Source: an uncultured Candidatus Entotheonella sp.
GTDB lineage: Bacteria; Tectomicrobia; Entotheonellia; Entotheonellales; Entotheonellaceae
Length of the DNA: 64,000 nucleotides
Assembly (NCBI GenBank): GCA_965215335.1
Contig: CBDCDA010000002.1
Location: 384,001-448,000, forward strand
Reading direction: 5' to 3'
How positions within the stretch are numbered: the stretch's first letter is position 1; each line of letters opens with the position of its first letter. A model generated the notes under the pieces. The model saw only the letters and a program-made list of their open reading frames with translations, searched no databases and was not told the origin of the DNA. This document shows, in pieces, positions 50,653 through 60,138 of this stretch. The position numbers and the translations under genes were made by a program.

Positions 50653-52653
50653 ATGAAGCATTTCTCGAGGTGCCACTCCCGAAATCTGAAGGTCGTACTC
50701 TTCGCTGTTCCGGCCCTGTTGCTCATTCCGGTACTTTATTACTCACTGACTACCCCGTTTGCCCTGACTGATGACTACAAGTCCTGGAGGCATGTCCAGA
50801 TACTCGACAGTTCAGAACAGTTCCTTGGCTGGCTCTATCACGAGTTCCTGAGTTCGGACCCGTATTCGGACCCGTATTCGGACCTCTGGAGATACTGGCC
50901 TCTTCGGGTCTTCTCCGATGCGGTCGCGTGGAAAGTCTTCGGCGTAACTCCATGGTTGCATCATCTGAGCAGGTGGGTAGTCCACTTTAGCTCGGTCTTC
51001 ATGTTTGCGGCATCCTTTCTCTGTCTATTGAAACAAGTGGGAGGGTATTTTTCAGTTCCCGCCGAGCGCGGCAGGGTTTACCACCCATTGCCGCTCCTGC
51101 CGCTTGGCTTACTGGTGTATCTCTGGCTCTTCTTCCCGAACTCGCCGGCTTCCCGGCTGTCTACCCAGGAAGTTCATACGGTGTTCTTCCTCGGCCTGTA
51201 CAATTGGATGGCAGCGCTCATGCTTTTGGGTGAAGGCAACGGGAGATGGACCCGATCGGCGCTTCTGAAATACGGCCTGTTCTGTCTGGGCTGTCTCGGC
51301 CTCTCTTTGTCCAAAGAGGTCAACGTCGCAGTTTGTGCTTGGATGCTGGTCTCCTACTATGCCTTGCTCTTGTGGCGGCGGGGGGGGGGGGATAGCTGGA
51401 GGAAGATTCTGGCTGGCATACCGCTTGTCTCAATTTTCTTCTTGACTTTCCTCAGGGTATACGCAGCCTCAAAAATCACTAAGGTCGGCTACGGGCAGGA
51501 TATAACCAAGGACCTGTTCATCCAGAACATGGTGGAAATTTGTAAAGGACTATTTCAGGTTGATACGTCCCTCTGGATTACCACCGGTTTCGTCATTCTC
51601 TCGGCCACGTTGCTGCTCGCCGTCGTCATAAAGATCGTTAACCGGCGACTCGACAATGAACTCGTTTTCATCTTGTTTCTCCTGGGCCAATTTGTAAGTA
51701 TGTTCCTCATCCTCAGCTTCTCCTGGGGCGTCGTTCTTCGCTACTGGTATGTCCTCATTCCCATTTTCACAACGCTGCTGGCTTTCTCTGCCAAATTCAT
51801 CTTGGAAGCGATCGGAGGGTATTCGAGAACGCTTGCGAACGCAGCAACGTTTACATTGACCAGCTTCATGATTTTCTTTATCGGATGCAACTATTACAAT
51901 TTTTCGTTTCAAACAGTTGTCCAACATAGTTTGCGTAACGCCGAGGCAAGGCTCATTTCCGAAATTTCCCGCCTTCTCGATCAGGGTGAATATGTTCAAA
52001 TACTAGGTTTAGGGACGGAATATGGTTACAACCTCATAAATGGCTTTGTTGATTTTTCAAGCTACTTTTATGACAAAGATTACAAAATACATACAGACAA
52101 ACCCAAAGCAGACCAAGAGTACTACTTCGTCAGTAGGTGGAAGCTACCCGGCAAAAGAGACGTCACATCGATAGCCAATCAGAGAAATTACCCAATTTTG
52201 TCGTACGCCTCACGGACAGCGGTTGCTTTTCAAGGAAAACAGCCGTTCCGTCAAGCAGACGCTGGCGTCGCGGCGTTCGACAGCTATCAGTGGAATATTC
52301 ATAAAATGACAGGTGTAGGTGGACCCGACGAGCTTCTGATTCGTTCTGAATTCGATGTGTATTTCAACCACTATGAGAACAGTCTCGTGTACGTCAAGGA
52401 ATCGTGCAGTAGGGCGGACACGAAGGCGCGATTCTTCCTGCACGTCATCCCGGCCGATGTCAATGACTTGCCCGAGCACCGAAAGCAATACGGCTACGGC
52501 AACCTCGTCTTCAACTTTGACCGGCTCGACGTGCAATTTGATGGGAAGTGCATGGCAAGGCGTGGCCTCCCGGGGTACGCCATCACCAGCATCCGCACTG
52601 GCCAGTTCGTCCCGGGTAAGGGTCGAATCTGGGAGGCGGAGTTTCCTTTCTGA
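50653..52653 (+). CDS. Polytopic membrane protein, possible GT-C glycosyltransferase, with soluble C-terminal domain
   Basis: About 10-12 hydrophobic segments, acidic TDD after TM1, LSKE, RYW; visibly AT-richer than the flanks; ATG at 50653 preferred because TTG 50593 lies in the IS end. Confidence 0.6.
   Translation: MKHFSRCHSRNLKVVLFAVPALLLIPVLYYSLTTPFALTDDYKSWRHVQILDSSEQFLGWLYHEFLSSDPYSDPYSDLWRYWPLRVFSDAVAWKVFGVTPWLHHLSRWVVHFSSVFMFAASFLCLLKQVGGYFSVPAERGRVYHPLPLLPLGLLVYLWLFFPNSPASRLSTQEVHTVFFLGLYNWMAALMLLGEGNGRWTRSALLKYGLFCLGCLGLSLSKEVNVAVCAWMLVSYYALLLWRRGGGDSWRKILAGIPLVSIFFLTFLRVYAASKITKVGYGQDITKDLFIQNMVEICKGLFQVDTSLWITTGFVILSATLLLAVVIKIVNRRLDNELVFILFLLGQFVSMFLILSFSWGVVLRYWYVLIPIFTTLLAFSAKFILEAIGGYSRTLANAATFTLTSFMIFFIGCNYYNFSFQTVVQHSLRNAEARLISEISRLLDQGEYVQILGLGTEYGYNLINGFVDFSSYFYDKDYKIHTDKPKADQEYYFVSRWKLPGKRDVTSIANQRNYPILSYASRTAVAFQGKQPFRQADAGVAAFDSYQWNIHKMTGVGGPDELLIRSEFDVYFNHYENSLVYVKESCSRADTKARFFLHVIPADVNDLPEHRKQYGYGNLVFNFDRLDVQFDGKCMARRGLPGYAITSIRTGQFVPGKGRIWEAEFPF
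50853..50884 (+). repeat. 12-bp tandem repeat TTCGGACCCGTA x2.7 (SDPY repeat)
   Basis: Directly visible in the sequence. Confidence 0.9.
51380..51391 (+). repeat. G12 homopolymer inside the membrane-protein CDS
   Basis: Twelve consecutive G; frame currently open (RRGGGD). Confidence 0.9.
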
Positions 52654-52819
52654 TAGCTGGCGGCACGGGTAGCGGTGTCGGTCTGCGCCTGTTGGCCAGC
52701 AGTGACGGAGTCGCGGTCTGGCGAGGTAGAAATACAGAGCAGTTCAGGCAGGACCGGCGGCTGGGGCCATATCATGTATCATGCTGGATCATGTGATGCT
52801 GGCACAGCGACAATCCGAC

Positions 52820-52943
52820 CTCCTGGCGCTGAAAGACCTGCTGAACCGCGGGCGAAGCAAGCGGCTTCCGGTGCGTGTACGTGGACGTCGAGGCCGCCCA
52901 GGCGCACCGCGAAGACCTGAGCGGCGCGATGCGCACCATTCTT
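52820..52943 (+). pseudogene. Internal fragment of a P-loop (AAA-like) ATPase gene
   Basis: LLALKDLLNRG, shift, GFRCVYVDVEAAQAHREDLSGAMRTIL, resembling the segment that follows Walker A; no start and no Walker A. Confidence 0.45.
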
Positions 52944-53002
52944 AAGGCTTGGGAAGGCAGCTTTGGTCTCGCCGAGCCGGCGAGCAGCGGGAAGGCCGCG
53001 CC

Positions 53003-53746
53003 ATGAACGGCGGCATCGAAACAGCGCTGATCATCGGCGCCACGTCGGACATCGGCCGCGCCATCGCCCGCCGGCTGGCGGCGGACGGCTGCGCCTTGCA
53101 ACTCGCGGCGCGCGACCCGGAAAGGCTCGAACGGGACGCGCAGGATCTGCGCGTCCGCACCGGCATCGTCGTGACCCTGCACCGCTGCGACGTGCTCGAT
53201 GAAGACGGCGGCATCTCGTTCCTCGATGACCTCGACCCCCTGCCCGACGCAGCGGTGTGCGTCGTCGGGCTGCTCGGTGAGCAGGCGGAAAACGAGCGCG
53301 ACGGCGCGGCTGCCGAGCGGGTGATGCGGACCAACTATGTCGGCCCCGCCCTGCTGCTAGGCGCGCTGGCCGGACGCTTCGGGCACCGCGGCAGCGGCGT
53401 CCTGGTCGGCGTCAGCTCGGTGGCCGGAGACCGCGGGCGCGCCGCGAATTACGTCTACGGTTCGGCCAAAGCAGGGTTCACCGCGTTCTTGTCGGGGCTG
53501 CGCAACCGGCTGGCCGCCTCCGGCGTCCACGTCGTGACCGTCAAGCCGGGCTTCGTGCGAACCCGCATGACCGACGGGATGAACCTGCCAGTACGGCTGA
53601 CCGCGGAGCCGGAGGAGGTCGCGGACGCGGTCATCAAGGCGGTCCGCCGGCGCCGCGACATCATTTATGTGCGCCGCGTCTGGCGCCTGATCATGCTCAT
53701 CATGCGCGCCATCCCCGAACGCATGTTCAAACAGATGAAACGGTAA
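53003..53746 (+). CDS. Short-chain dehydrogenase/reductase, DprE2-like
   Basis: IGATSDIG, SSVAGDRGR, NYVYGSAK (YxxxK), VKPGFVRTRMT. Confidence 0.85.
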   Translation: MNGGIETALIIGATSDIGRAIARRLAADGCALQLAARDPERLERDAQDLRVRTGIVVTLHRCDVLDEDGGISFLDDLDPLPDAAVCVVGLLGEQAENERDGAAAERVMRTNYVGPALLLGALAGRFGHRGSGVLVGVSSVAGDRGRAANYVYGSAKAGFTAFLSGLRNRLAASGVHVVTVKPGFVRTRMTDGMNLPVRLTAEPEEVADAVIKAVRRRRDIIYVRRVWRLIMLIMRAIPERMFKQMKR

Positions 53747-53787
53747 GGTTCGGAAGAACATCGTATCATCGGACGAGACTTCCAAGG

Positions 53788-53816
53788 TTGACACGGGCAC
53801 GGCCATTGTCTATAGT
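53788..53816 (+). promoter_or_regulatory. Sigma70 promoter of the tRNA pair
   Basis: TTGACA-N17-TATAGT. Confidence 0.75.
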
Positions 53817-53874
53817 GTCGTCCTCGGCTGTTTTCCACCGGGAGGGTTTGACGCCGCGGCTTCATGCTCTGGAA

Positions 53875-53947
53875 GGGCGGGTAGCTCAGTCGGGAGAGCA
53901 TCGGCCTTACAAGCCGGAGGTCACAGGTTCAAGCCCTGTTCCGCCCA
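53875..53947 (+). tRNA. tRNA-Val(TAC)
   Basis: Acceptor GGGCGG/CCGCCC, D-arm TAGCTCAG, anticodon loop CTTACAA, T-arm GGTTCAAG; CCA not encoded. Confidence 0.95.
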
Positions 53948-53957
53948 TCCGATCTTC

Positions 53958-54031
<74 letters not shown>

Positions 54032-54038
54032 TTGATTC

Positions 54039-54067
54039 AAAGGGATTGCACCCTGTGCAATCCCTTT
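54039..54067. terminator. Bidirectional intrinsic terminator between the tRNAs and the convergent gene
   Basis: AAAGGGATTGCAC-CCT-GTGCAATCCCTTT perfect 13-bp stem. Confidence 0.8.
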
Positions 54068-56888
54068 AATTTTGTCCGGCTACCAGTTCCGGCTCCCCGC
54101 ACAGCGACAGCACCTGCTGACGGGCGGCAGCGCGCAGAGCCGCCGCCGCGGCCAGGTCATTCCCTGACGGCACAATCGGCTCGCCAATCAGGACCCGCAG
54201 GGCGCCGCGGCGCGGAAACCATTGGTCGGAGCGGAGAATGGACCGGGTGCCCCGTATCCCCACCGGCACCACCGGCACGCCGGCCCGCGCGGCGACCAGG
54301 AAGGCGCCTAGACGGAAGGACTGCAAACCCGGCATGCGAGTCAGGGTACCCTCTGGAAAAAAGACAACGGAACGCCCCTGCCGCACGACCTGCAGCAAGC
54401 GGTCGGCATCTTCGACGCCACGTTGGGTATCGAAACGCTCCACGAACTCGGCGCCAAGACGCTTGAGCAGTACACGCGCAAAGAATTGATCGGCCAGTTC
54501 GTGCTTGACCACGTAGCACGCCTCGCCTGGATGAATCGACATCAGGACAAATCCGTCCAGATAGCTGGCGTGATTGGCGACGACCACGGCGGGACCGGCT
54601 CCGTCCAGGCGGTCGAGACCCTCCACCCGCAAAGGCAGGCCAAGGAGCCGCCGCATGAGGCGGGCAGTGGCTCGCGCCAGGGCGTGGCGCCAGGACAACC
54701 CGGGCGTGACGATCAGAAGCTTCCAGACCACGAGCAGGCACAAACCCGCCAGGGTCCAGAAATATCCGGCATACAGGACGCCGCCCGCGCTGCGGGCAAA
54801 GCGGCCTGGCTGAGATGACAGGCCACCGATCGCAAGACGCGCCAGTTGCCACCACACGGCGCGCGGCCGTCTGCCCAACACACCCTGCTCGTAGCGCTCG
54901 CGACTGGCGCCGCGGCGCAGCTTGCCGCTGGAGGTCTTGAGAACGCTGCCGGGCGGTGCCAGCACGACATCGTCCGCCGGCATGCCCAGCAAGTCGATGA
55001 CGATGTCGTTGATCCGGCTGCGCAACTCCGCCAGCTTCGCAGGCGTCGTCTCGCGCGTCTCGGAAAGGACGACCAGCCGTTCGGTGCCGGTAGCGGGGTC
55101 GGTGCTGCCGAAGACGGCGCTGCAGCCGCGGCGCAGACCCGTCACCCCGCTCAGGGCTTCCTCGACTTCCTGAGGATAGATGTTGCGCCCGGCGCGAATG
55201 ATCATGTCCTTGGTGCGGCCCGTCAGATACACCATGCCGCCGGCGATGTAGGCCCTGTCGCCGGAATCCAGCCACTCCCCATGGAACAGGTCCCTGGTCG
55301 CTTCGGAGTTGCGGTAATAGCCCTGCGTGGTCGAGGGGCCACGAAACTCCAGGCAGCCCTCCTGGCGCTCGCCCACCTCGTATCCCATGGCGTCGACAAT
55401 GCGAATCTGGTAGCCCGGCAACGGCTGACCGCTGCCGACAACGTGCAGCGCGGCGGGGTCGCCCGCATCCACGGGCACGGCCTGGCCGCTGCGCATGAGC
55501 GCCTCGCGGTTGACGTGATCCACCTGCGGCAGGCTTCCCGTCGGCGGAAAGGCCAGGCCCAGTGCGACCTCGGCCAGGCCGTACACCGGCTTCATCGCCT
55601 GCGGTCGAAAGCCGTACGCGGCAAAGCGCTCGCTGAAGCGGGCCATGGTGCGGGCGCTGACGGGCTCGGCGCCGTTGAAGGCGTAGCGCCAGGCGCTCAG
55701 GTCCAGACCCTCGAGGTCGGCGTCGGCAATGCGGCTGACGCACAATTCATAGGCGAAATTCGGCCCCGCCGAAATGGTGCCGCGTTGCCTGTGGATGGCC
55801 CACAGCCAACGCGCCGGCCGCGCCAGAAACGTCAACGGCGACATCAGGACCAGGTGGCAGGAGAAGTACAGGCTGCCGAGCCAGGCGCCGATCAGCCCCA
55901 TGTCGTGGTATAGCGGCAGCCAGCTTACGAACACGTCCGTCGATTCGATGCCCACCACCTGCCCCATGACCCGGATATTGGCCAGCAGGTTGTCGTGCGT
56001 CAGGACCACCCCCTTGGGATTACCGGTGCTGCCGGAGGTGTATTGCAGGAAGGCGATGTCGTGCGGGCGAACGGGATGACGGTTCAGGCTTCCGCCGCTC
56101 TGTGACAAGGCCTCGACCGTCAGCACGCTGTGCAGGCTGTCGACCTGCGCCCGCAGCAACCGCGCCAGGGACTGGGCTTCCGAAACGGTGATCAGGGCGA
56201 CGATGCCGGCGTTGGCGAGAATGTGGATTTGGCGGCGCAGGTGGTCCTCGATCTGCGACAGGCGGACGGGCGGGTAGATGGGAACCGGAATGCCGCCGGC
56301 GAGCAGGATGCCGAAAAATCCGGCGAAGAATTCCCGCCCGGTCGGCAGCATCAGCGCCACGGTCTGCTGGGGTTGCAGGCCACGCGCCTGCAGGCCGGCA
56401 GCCACCGACTCGGCGGCGCCCTGCAAGTCGGCGTACGTGATCGTGTCGGCCTGCTCTCCGTCGATCAGCGTGATGTGCGGCCGCTCGGGATGCTGCCGGG
56501 CGTGCCACGCCAGGGCGTCAATCAGCGTGCCGGCCGCGCCTGGCGCCTCCCCCACGGCTCGCGGCTCGCTGCCGGATACCGCCGGCACGTCCGCTGTCTG
56601 GATACCGGCACTCGCTTGGCGCAAGGCGTGCAACAAATCGCGCGGGACGTCGGCGTTGACGGCCGCCTGCTCCGGCAGGCGCACGCCAAACGCCTGCTCC
56701 AGGCGGTGCAGCAGTTCCATGCGTTCCAGGCTGTCAAAGCCGAGGTCACGGTCCAGAAGGCTGTCGAGGGTAACCGAGGCCGGGTCGGAATGGTATGGGT
56801 GCAATTCGGACATGAGTTGCCGGACGACGCCGAGCAGCACCTCGACGGGTTGCCGCGTGGCGGTCGATTCCGGCGAACCGCCGGGCAT
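54066..56888 (-). CDS. ACP - fatty acyl-AMP ligase - lysophospholipid acyltransferase (PlsC-like) fusion
   Basis: ACP GFDSL; adenylation QYTSGSTGNPKG, WLPLYHDMGLIG, NGAEP, YGLAE, KTSSGK; acyltransferase NHASYLD and FPEGT. Confidence 0.9.
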   Translation of the reverse strand: MPGGSPESTATRQPVEVLLGVVRQLMSELHPYHSDPASVTLDSLLDRDLGFDSLERMELLHRLEQAFGVRLPEQAAVNADVPRDLLHALRQASAGIQTADVPAVSGSEPRAVGEAPGAAGTLIDALAWHARQHPERPHITLIDGEQADTITYADLQGAAESVAAGLQARGLQPQQTVALMLPTGREFFAGFFGILLAGGIPVPIYPPVRLSQIEDHLRRQIHILANAGIVALITVSEAQSLARLLRAQVDSLHSVLTVEALSQSGGSLNRHPVRPHDIAFLQYTSGSTGNPKGVVLTHDNLLANIRVMGQVVGIESTDVFVSWLPLYHDMGLIGAWLGSLYFSCHLVLMSPLTFLARPARWLWAIHRQRGTISAGPNFAYELCVSRIADADLEGLDLSAWRYAFNGAEPVSARTMARFSERFAAYGFRPQAMKPVYGLAEVALGLAFPPTGSLPQVDHVNREALMRSGQAVPVDAGDPAALHVVGSGQPLPGYQIRIVDAMGYEVGERQEGCLEFRGPSTTQGYYRNSEATRDLFHGEWLDSGDRAYIAGGMVYLTGRTKDMIIRAGRNIYPQEVEEALSGVTGLRRGCSAVFGSTDPATGTERLVVLSETRETTPAKLAELRSRINDIVIDLLGMPADDVVLAPPGSVLKTSSGKLRRGASRERYEQGVLGRRPRAVWWQLARLAIGGLSSQPGRFARSAGGVLYAGYFWTLAGLCLLVVWKLLIVTPGLSWRHALARATARLMRRLLGLPLRVEGLDRLDGAGPAVVVANHASYLDGFVLMSIHPGEACYVVKHELADQFFARVLLKRLGAEFVERFDTQRGVEDADRLLQVVRQGRSVVFFPEGTLTRMPGLQSFRLGAFLVAARAGVPVVPVGIRGTRSILRSDQWFPRRGALRVLIGEPIVPSGNDLAAAAALRAAARQQVLSLCGEPELVAGQN

Positions 56889-57745
56889 CAGGGAGCCTCC
56901 CCGGACAGCACAACCTCCGCCGCAGTGAGGGTTTGCGCCAAGAGCGTGGCAATGGTCATCGGCCCGACACCGCCGGGAACGGGCGTGTAGGCGGCGCACC
57001 GGTCGATCACGCCGGTCAACTCGATATCCCCTGTTCCGCCCTGGTGGTAGCCGGCATCGACGACGACGGCGCCATCCGCGATCCAGTCACCCTTGATGAA
57101 TTGCGGCTTGCCGACCGCACCAACTACCAGGTCCGCCTGCCGCACGACGTCGGACAGACGCGGCGTGCGCGAGTGGCAGATGGTCACCGTGGCATGGGCG
57201 TTCAACAGCATCATGGCCATCGGTTTGCCAAGAATGGGACTGCGTCCGACCACGACCGCCCGCTTGCCCTCGATCCGAATGTCGTAATGCTCCAGGAGCC
57301 GCATGATTCCGGCCGGCGTGGCGGAGCCGTAAGCCCGCTGGCCCATTGCCAGGCGGCCAAAACCGTGGCACGTCACGCCGTCGACGTCCTTGCCCGGCCG
57401 AATGGCGTCAAAGCAGCGCCGCTCGTCGACCTGCGACGGCACCGGATGCTGGAGCAGGATGCCGTGGACGTCCGGGTCGGCGTTCAGGCTGGTGAGGGCG
57501 TCAAGGAGTTCCTCGGTACGGGTCTCCTGCGGCAATTCCACGCGCCGCGACTGCATGCCAATTCGCCGGCAGGCGCTGCGCTTCATGCGGACGTATACGG
57601 CCGAGGCAGGGTCGTCACCTACCAGGACGGTGGCGAGCGTTGGCCCCTTGCCACCGGTCTGCGCCAGCAGACCTCGGACTCGCTGGGCCAGCTGGGCCTC
57701 CAGCTCTTTCGCAAGCCTTTTGCCATCGAGAACGATACCGGGCAT
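56888..57745 (-). CDS. folD: Methylenetetrahydrofolate dehydrogenase/cyclohydrolase
   Basis: [40 protein letters not shown]. Confidence 0.97.
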   Translation of the reverse strand: MPGIVLDGKRLAKELEAQLAQRVRGLLAQTGGKGPTLATVLVGDDPASAVYVRMKRSACRRIGMQSRRVELPQETRTEELLDALTSLNADPDVHGILLQHPVPSQVDERRCFDAIRPGKDVDGVTCHGFGRLAMGQRAYGSATPAGIMRLLEHYDIRIEGKRAVVVGRSPILGKPMAMMLLNAHATVTICHSRTPRLSDVVRQADLVVGAVGKPQFIKGDWIADGAVVVDAGYHQGGTGDIELTGVIDRCAAYTPVPGGVGPMTIATLLAQTLTAAEVVLSGEAP

Positions 57746-57810
57746 TCCGTTTCCTTCGCGTCATGCGTTCGACAGCGTCACTTCCCACGCGCTTCGGTCG
57801 GCCGCCGGGA

Positions 57811-58437
57811 CTATGACGCGGTTGCAGGGCGGCCATCGTAACTTTCCCACAGGTACCACGTCGCGATGGTGCGGTAGGGCACCCACTTGCGGGCGTGCCG
57901 CTGCATGGTGGAGACGGCGGGCATTCTCTTGTACCCGTAGACCCGTTGAATTGCCTTGCGGATACCCAGGTCGCCCACGGGAAACACGTCGAGGCGGCCC
58001 AGGGAGAAGATGAGAAACATTTCCGCCGTCCACACGCCGATGCCCCTGACCTGCGTCAGTTGCCGCCTCACCTCTTCGTCGCTTAGCGTGGCGAGCGCCG
58101 CGAGTTGCAGGCCACCGTCGCCCGTCTTGCTCGCCAGGTCCTTGAGCGCGGCCCGCTTTTGACGCGACAATCCCAATCGGCGCAGCGTTTCGTCCGGGGC
58201 GGCGAGGATGCCCGCGGGCGTCACAACGCCGGCGTCGAACAGCGCTTCCAGCCGCTCGGTGATAGTGCTGGCCGCCCGGCCGCTCAATTGCTGCGCAATG
58301 ATCGCCCGGCACAGGGCGACAAACGGGTCCGTGTCGCTCGCTTCCAGGGTGCACGGGCCACAGCGCGCCATCAGGTCTGCCAACCGCGGGTCGGCGTTGC
58401 GCAGATGGGCGATGGCGCTGTCGTAGGAAGCATTCAT
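57811..58437 (-). CDS. alkA: DNA-3-methyladenine glycosylase II (HhH-GPD)
   Basis: IIAQQLS, GLSRQK, RGIGVWTA, DVFPVGDLG, WVPYRT. Confidence 0.85.
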   Translation of the reverse strand: MNASYDSAIAHLRNADPRLADLMARCGPCTLEASDTDPFVALCRAIIAQQLSGRAASTITERLEALFDAGVVTPAGILAAPDETLRRLGLSRQKRAALKDLASKTGDGGLQLAALATLSDEEVRRQLTQVRGIGVWTAEMFLIFSLGRLDVFPVGDLGIRKAIQRVYGYKRMPAVSTMQRHARKWVPYRTIATWYLWESYDGRPATAS

Positions 58438-58579
58438 GCCGCGGTCTCGCCGGTTGTCACGATTCGGGGCAATGCTATAATGCCGCCTTCTGCATGCGAA
58501 AACCAGTGGCCCGTGGTCAGGGTTTGGTTTTACCGACCACCGGACACCAGCCACTGACCACTAAATGAGGAGGTAAGAC

Positions 58580-59182
58580 GTGTTTGTCAAACGGTGTGCT
58601 TCGTTCGCCCTGGCCCTTGTTTTGACAATGGGTTTCGCCGGCAGCGTCTGGAGTGCGGATACATACGTTGTGGACGGCGCCCATGCCTACGTCGGCTTTA
58701 CCGTCAGCCACTTGGTCATCAACCGGGTCAGAGGCACCTTCAACGACTTCACGGGCACGATCATCTACGATGCGGACGACATCACGAAGTCCTCGATGAG
58801 CGGTGCCATCAACGCCGCCAGCATCGACACGGCGCATCAGAAACGCGACCAGGATTTGCGCGGCGAGGGCTTCTTCGAGGTGGATAAGTACCCGCAAATT
58901 ACCTTCGAGACCACTCGCGTCGAGGCGGGCGGCGACTCCCCGGTCCTGCATGGAACCCTGACCATGCACGGCGTTTCCAAAGAGGTGGCAATTCCGTTCC
59001 GCGTTACCGGCATCGTCGAGTTTGCCGGCAAGATCCGCCTTGGCTTTGAAGCGCGGCTCGAACTGAACCGGCAGGATTATGGCATTTCCTACTCCAGGCT
59101 GATGGACGCCGGCGGGTTGGTGGTCGGCAACGAGGTGGCTATTGAACTGACCGGCGAAGCGATCAAGATGACCGGAAATTGA
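58580..59182 (+). CDS. YceI-family polyisoprenoid-binding protein
   Basis: Signal peptide, HAYVGFTVSH, SIDT...RD..L, GTLTMHGVSK, LNRQDYG; TGcTATAAT at 58473-58481. Confidence 0.92.
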   Translation: MFVKRCASFALALVLTMGFAGSVWSADTYVVDGAHAYVGFTVSHLVINRVRGTFNDFTGTIIYDADDITKSSMSGAINAASIDTAHQKRDQDLRGEGFFEVDKYPQITFETTRVEAGGDSPVLHGTLTMHGVSKEVAIPFRVTGIVEFAGKIRLGFEARLELNRQDYGISYSRLMDAGGLVVGNEVAIELTGEAIKMTGN

Positions 59183-59207
59183 ACTTGCCGACCCGTGGCA
59201 AGGTGCG

Positions 59208-59240
59208 GCCGAGACGAGTGAAGATGGTACTCGTCTCGGC
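59208..59240. terminator. Hairpin between convergent genes
   Basis: GCCGAGACGAGT ... ACTCGTCTCGGC 12-bp perfect stem. Confidence 0.6.
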
Positions 59241-59245
59241 TGGTT

Positions 59246-59677
59246 TCATCCCCGCCGTCCCACCCTGTAGGCGTCAACGATGGCGTACACCCACCACAGG
59301 GGGACGATGACCTTGGCCAGGGATGATTGCAGAACCACGATGGCCGCAACACACGCCGCGGCACCGCCAAGCAGAACAAGACCCTTCGCCACCTGTCCGT
59401 TGTAAAACTGTCCCAGCCCGCAGATGAGCGACAGCACCGCCGCCAGCCACGGACGCCAGACGCCGTGGTGCGCGACATGGGCCCGGGGCGGCGTTTGGGT
59501 CACGTGGGTCGGCGCCCACGCCCCGCCCGTGAACGGTGTCTCGGGCGGGGCGCTACCGCTGGCGGCGGACAGAGCCTGCACCACGCCGATAGGCAGCGCC
59601 GTCCCGCAGTGCGGGCACGCTTCCGCTGTCTCCGCCACGTGCTCGTGACAATGCGGGCAGTGAACAAAAATGGCCAC
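59246..59677 (-). CDS. Zinc-ribbon plus TM2-like membrane protein
   Basis: CPHC...CPHCG; AAVLSLICGLGQFYNGQVAKG; IVDAY. Confidence 0.75.
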   Translation of the reverse strand: MAIFVHCPHCHEHVAETAEACPHCGTALPIGVVQALSAASGSAPPETPFTGGAWAPTHVTQTPPRAHVAHHGVWRPWLAAVLSLICGLGQFYNGQVAKGLVLLGGAAACVAAIVVLQSSLAKVIVPLWWVYAIVDAYRVGRRG

Positions 59678-59703
59678 GCCGGGATCTCCCGTCGCCTGAC
59701 GTA

Positions 59704-59739
59704 CCGCTTCCCTGTCCCGTCGCCGGGACAGGGAAGCGG
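59704..59739. terminator. Strong hairpin between the J-domain gene and the zinc-ribbon gene
   Basis: CCGCTTCCCTGTCCCG-TCGC-CGGGACAGGGAAGCGG 16-bp perfect stem. Confidence 0.55.
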
Positions 59740-59747
59740 AAAGGCTT

Positions 59748-60098
59748 TCAGTGCTGCTTGAGGATGGTGTAGGCTTGTCGAATGGCTAGCGTCTTGCGGT
59801 GCGCGAGCTGCTGAAACTCGTCACCCAGGTGACTGACGCGGTCCGGGTGATACCTGAGCAACTGGGCTTTGTAAGCCTCGTGAATCTCCTCCGACGACGC
59901 GCCGGGCTCCAGTTGCAGCACCCGCCACGGGTCCAGCGATTCGGCCCTGCCGGTCTCGGCAGCTCCGTCGCGGCCATTCGCGGCTCGCGAATACGCGCCG
60001 GTGAACGAGGATGTCAAGTGGGCGCGCAATCGCCGCAGCAGCCAGAAGGTGCCCATGAACATGAGGCTGTAGAGGACAAAACGCATCAGCCAGGGCAT
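59748..60098 (-). CDS. Small membrane-anchored J-domain protein (DjlA-like C-terminus)
   Basis: N-terminal TM, DPWRVL, AYK...YHPDRV, AY. Confidence 0.85.
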   Translation of the reverse strand: MPWLMRFVLYSLMFMGTFWLLRRLRAHLTSSFTGAYSRAANGRDGAAETGRAESLDPWRVLQLEPGASSEEIHEAYKAQLLRYHPDRVSHLGDEFQQLAHRKTLAIRQAYTILKQH

Positions 60099-60138
60099 GT
60101 CGTCATCCCCTCGCCCGCCTGGCGGAACCGGCGACGGC

